Of a stretch of 64,000 nt of DNA, positions 61,901 through 64,000 are shown in pieces. This DNA is from Ascidiella aspersa. Lineage: Eukaryota. How positions within the stretch are numbered: position 1 is the first letter of the stretch; each line of letters opens with the position of its first letter. A program made the position numbers and the translations under genes. Where the stretch lies: NCBI GenBank assembly GCA_963924565.1, contig OZ004608.1:10788001-10852000 (forward strand), written 5' to 3'. Below the pieces are notes generated by a model, which was given only the letters and a program-made list of their open reading frames with translations, made no database searches and was not told the origin of the DNA.

Positions 61901-64000
61901 AATTCATTGACATTGTTTAGAGATTGTGTAGCAGCTTTAGATAATTGTGTGTTTTAAGGCAATAGACTGCATCCTAATAATTTGTGACAATTCTTTTAGT
62001 TATGGCTACAGCTGCACAAATTTTTCTACTTGTTTTTTCTTAGGCAGCACAGTTGATGTAACAGGCACTTCCCTAAGTCATTCAACTGGTATTTAACTAC
62101 TTTTTTATATTGTATCTTGATTGAGCTTTTTTTTAATTTAATTGGATAAACATATAAAAACATTGGACATATTTTTCCCAAATGCTCAATTTAAAGGTTT
62201 GCCAAGCATTAAGGTGTTTTATGATATAAAAATGACATCTTTTTGTGCTGAGTGAAAATAACATAAATAGCTTTTAAGACTGTAGTTCTGCATCATTATT
62301 TACTTATCATTATCCATTTTTTTTCACAAAATTTTAGGAAGCACAGTTGATAACACAGTTACTTCTACAATTGATTCAACTGGTTAGCTATATATATTTT
62401 TTTAATAACACAAAATGTTGAATCTAATTCTTATCAGTAGGGCGATTATTTTTTGACCTAAAAAATTAAAATTTTGACTAATTTAGAGCAAAAATAATTT
62501 ATTTTGACAAAATGTTGACCTGTTAGAAATACATTGATTTAAACAACATATTGTTGTTTGAGATACTGCATTAGTGTCTTGATATCGTCAACTATATGGG
62601 TAGTACAATTTTAAGATTATTTTAAATGTTTTGCGTGTTACAAAATTTTGTGTTAGTTGTGCTTTTTACCTATATTTTTAATGTTGCCTAGCTTGGAGAG
62701 TTTGAATGACATGAATTGTGATTTGAGGGGCTTTTAACAATTTTGTTGAGTTTTTAAGCAATATGTGTTTTTTGCTGCAGAACATCATATTTAACTATTT
62801 GTATCTTTAATTATCTTGTCTACTGTGACAGGTATGACAGCCATTATTTTTTTTCAATAGAATTTTTTTTCTTAACAACATTTTGTCATGTATAGCAAAG
62901 TTTATAATTGGCTTAAAATGTTTCAAATATGCAGCGTATTTTCAAGTTAAAAGTTTAGGTTTACTTCTAATTATATTAAATAAAATTACAACCCTTGCCT
63001 TTAGAATCCACCACCAGTAATCCGGACACAACACTTAACCCAACAAATGACAGAACTGAAACAGGTAATTAATTCCCTGCTAACTGTAGAAATAATGAAT
63101 TGTGCAAAGCAACAAAGAACATTTTTGTTAAAGTTCACTCAACTGACTCTACAGACACAGCAACCATATCAACGAAAGCCAGCACCCAAAATACTGGTAA
63201 ACTATGAAGTTGGTAGTTCTACATTTGTTTTTTGCATTATGTATAACATAGTTTTTGAAAGCTAAACAACATTTTAGCATGTAAGGTGAATTGTGTGAAT
63301 GCATGATTGTCCATTTTTTTTTTAAAATAACCTTAAATTTGAGTTAGTATTGTTAATTGAAACAACTTGAAGGACTCTTGAATGCTTATTTTATTCACCG
63401 TTGTGTAATTAATAAGTTTTATCTTCCAGGGTACATTAAAAAATAATTTGTTTAATTTTCTTAAATATGTTCTCAAGAACCTTGTGGCAACCCGGGGTCA
63501 ATAATTTATTCACAGTGAATGTGGAATATTGTGCTTACACTGTTTGCATTGTAATAATTTTCATATTATTTCTATTTTTCAGGATCCCAGTACCAAGTGT
63601 CCTATGCATCCGCACAATCTAATTTTTCATGCTTTCTTTATGCTTCGCTTGCTACCTTTTGCTAGCTTTTTGTTTTTTTGCTGCTTGGCTGGTGGCATTA
63701 ATCATGGTGTTTGGCTTTGCTTTGGCATATGTTTAAGTAACACTCACTAGGGTGGTAATTTGATGCAAAAACTGACCAAAAAAGGTTCATATCTCTTAAC
63801 ATTTGTTTTCTTAAATTGCAGGTTCTGTGATTGGACAAGGAATAGATCCAGTTGTGCTCTATGCTGTTGCAGGCAGCCTTGGCGGAGCTCTGGCCATTTG
63901 CCTGATAATTATTGCTTACATGATTTACAAATTCTGTTACAAAGACGACGATGAAAAAAGCATACTGGGCTCGGAGGATTCAAATTCGGAAATGACTGTG
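52939..64000 (+). CDS. CDHR5 (mu-protocadherin)-like protein: signal peptide, 4 EC domains, long Thr/Ser mucin stalk, TM; 3' partial
   Basis: Exons 52939-52993, 53060-53307, 53371-53460, 53739-53929, 54005-54191, 54466-54547, 54760-54911, 55152-55316, 55379-55483, 55552-55636. Thr-rich exons 55760-55831, 56142-56216, 56467-56541, then the 45-nt exon array, then 63005-63064 and 63134-63196. TM exon from 63822. DIDNNPPQFLPC...C...Y...IEATDGDSGLNENISY resembles the CDHR5/PCDH15 EC2-EC3 junction. Confidence 0.85.
57387..62382 (+). repeat. Tandem exon-plus-intron array of 45-nt phase-1 micro-exons (consensus GSTVEVTDTSTTDST)
   Basis: Intact AG/GT-bounded 45-nt exons start at 57387, 57704, 58322, 58526, 58818, 59508, 59823, 60309, 60632, 60911, 61245, 61495, 61713, 62044, 62338. 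Decayed copies at 58021 and 59182. The flanking introns are also mutually similar. Confidence 0.9.
60020..60139 (+). mobile_element. 120-bp hammerhead-bearing retro-insertion (Penelope/retrozyme-like)
   Basis: 14-bp TSD CTCTTGGAAATTAG (60006-60019, 60140-60153). Contains AGATATA CTGACGA T GCC TTGATT GGC GAAA TATA TA TATATCT (60034-60077). Confidence 0.8.
62438..62580. mobile_element. Partial copy of the 43456-44269 element end
   Basis: TAGGGCGATTATTTTTTGACC...AAATTAAAATTTTGAC matches the reverse complement of the 44269 end. Extent approximate. Confidence 0.65.

Noticed and set aside
57387-62382. Regularly spaced ~45-nt repeats resembling a CRISPR array
   Set aside because: The repeats are AG/GT-bounded coding exons, the spacers are long and related to each other, no cas genes are present, and the context is eukaryotic.

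Overview
AT-rich, intron-compact animal genomic DNA. A tunicate or other invertebrate chordate is my guess from gene content and compactness; it is not proven. By hand I assembled these gene models, left to right: PRMT9 (minus strand, intronless so far, runs off the left edge and is missing from the ORF track); RBBP4/7 (minus, one coding intron); PBDC1 (plus, needs a GC-AG intron); a small orphan gene; an intronless MS4A/CD20-like 4-TM gene (minus); a ~552-aa orphan with TxYxxxF-type motifs; two tandem AKR1-family aldo-keto reductases; an orphan whose last exon carries an in-frame TGA in a CARYYA read-through context; and a tandem pair of CDHR5 (mu-protocadherin)-like cadherins. The first cadherin is short (3 EC domains) with an ITIM/ITAM-like tyrosine tail. 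The second has 4 EC domains and a mucin stalk built largely from an array of 45-nt phase-1 micro-exons (15 intact, 2 decayed). Introns and spacers hold many non-autonomous DNA transposons with 8-bp target-site duplications. They also hold several Penelope-like fragments carrying minimal hammerhead ribozyme motifs, including a 120-bp insertion with a 14-bp TSD whose empty site survives in a sister repeat. All exon coordinates were read by eye and need RNA-seq confirmation.
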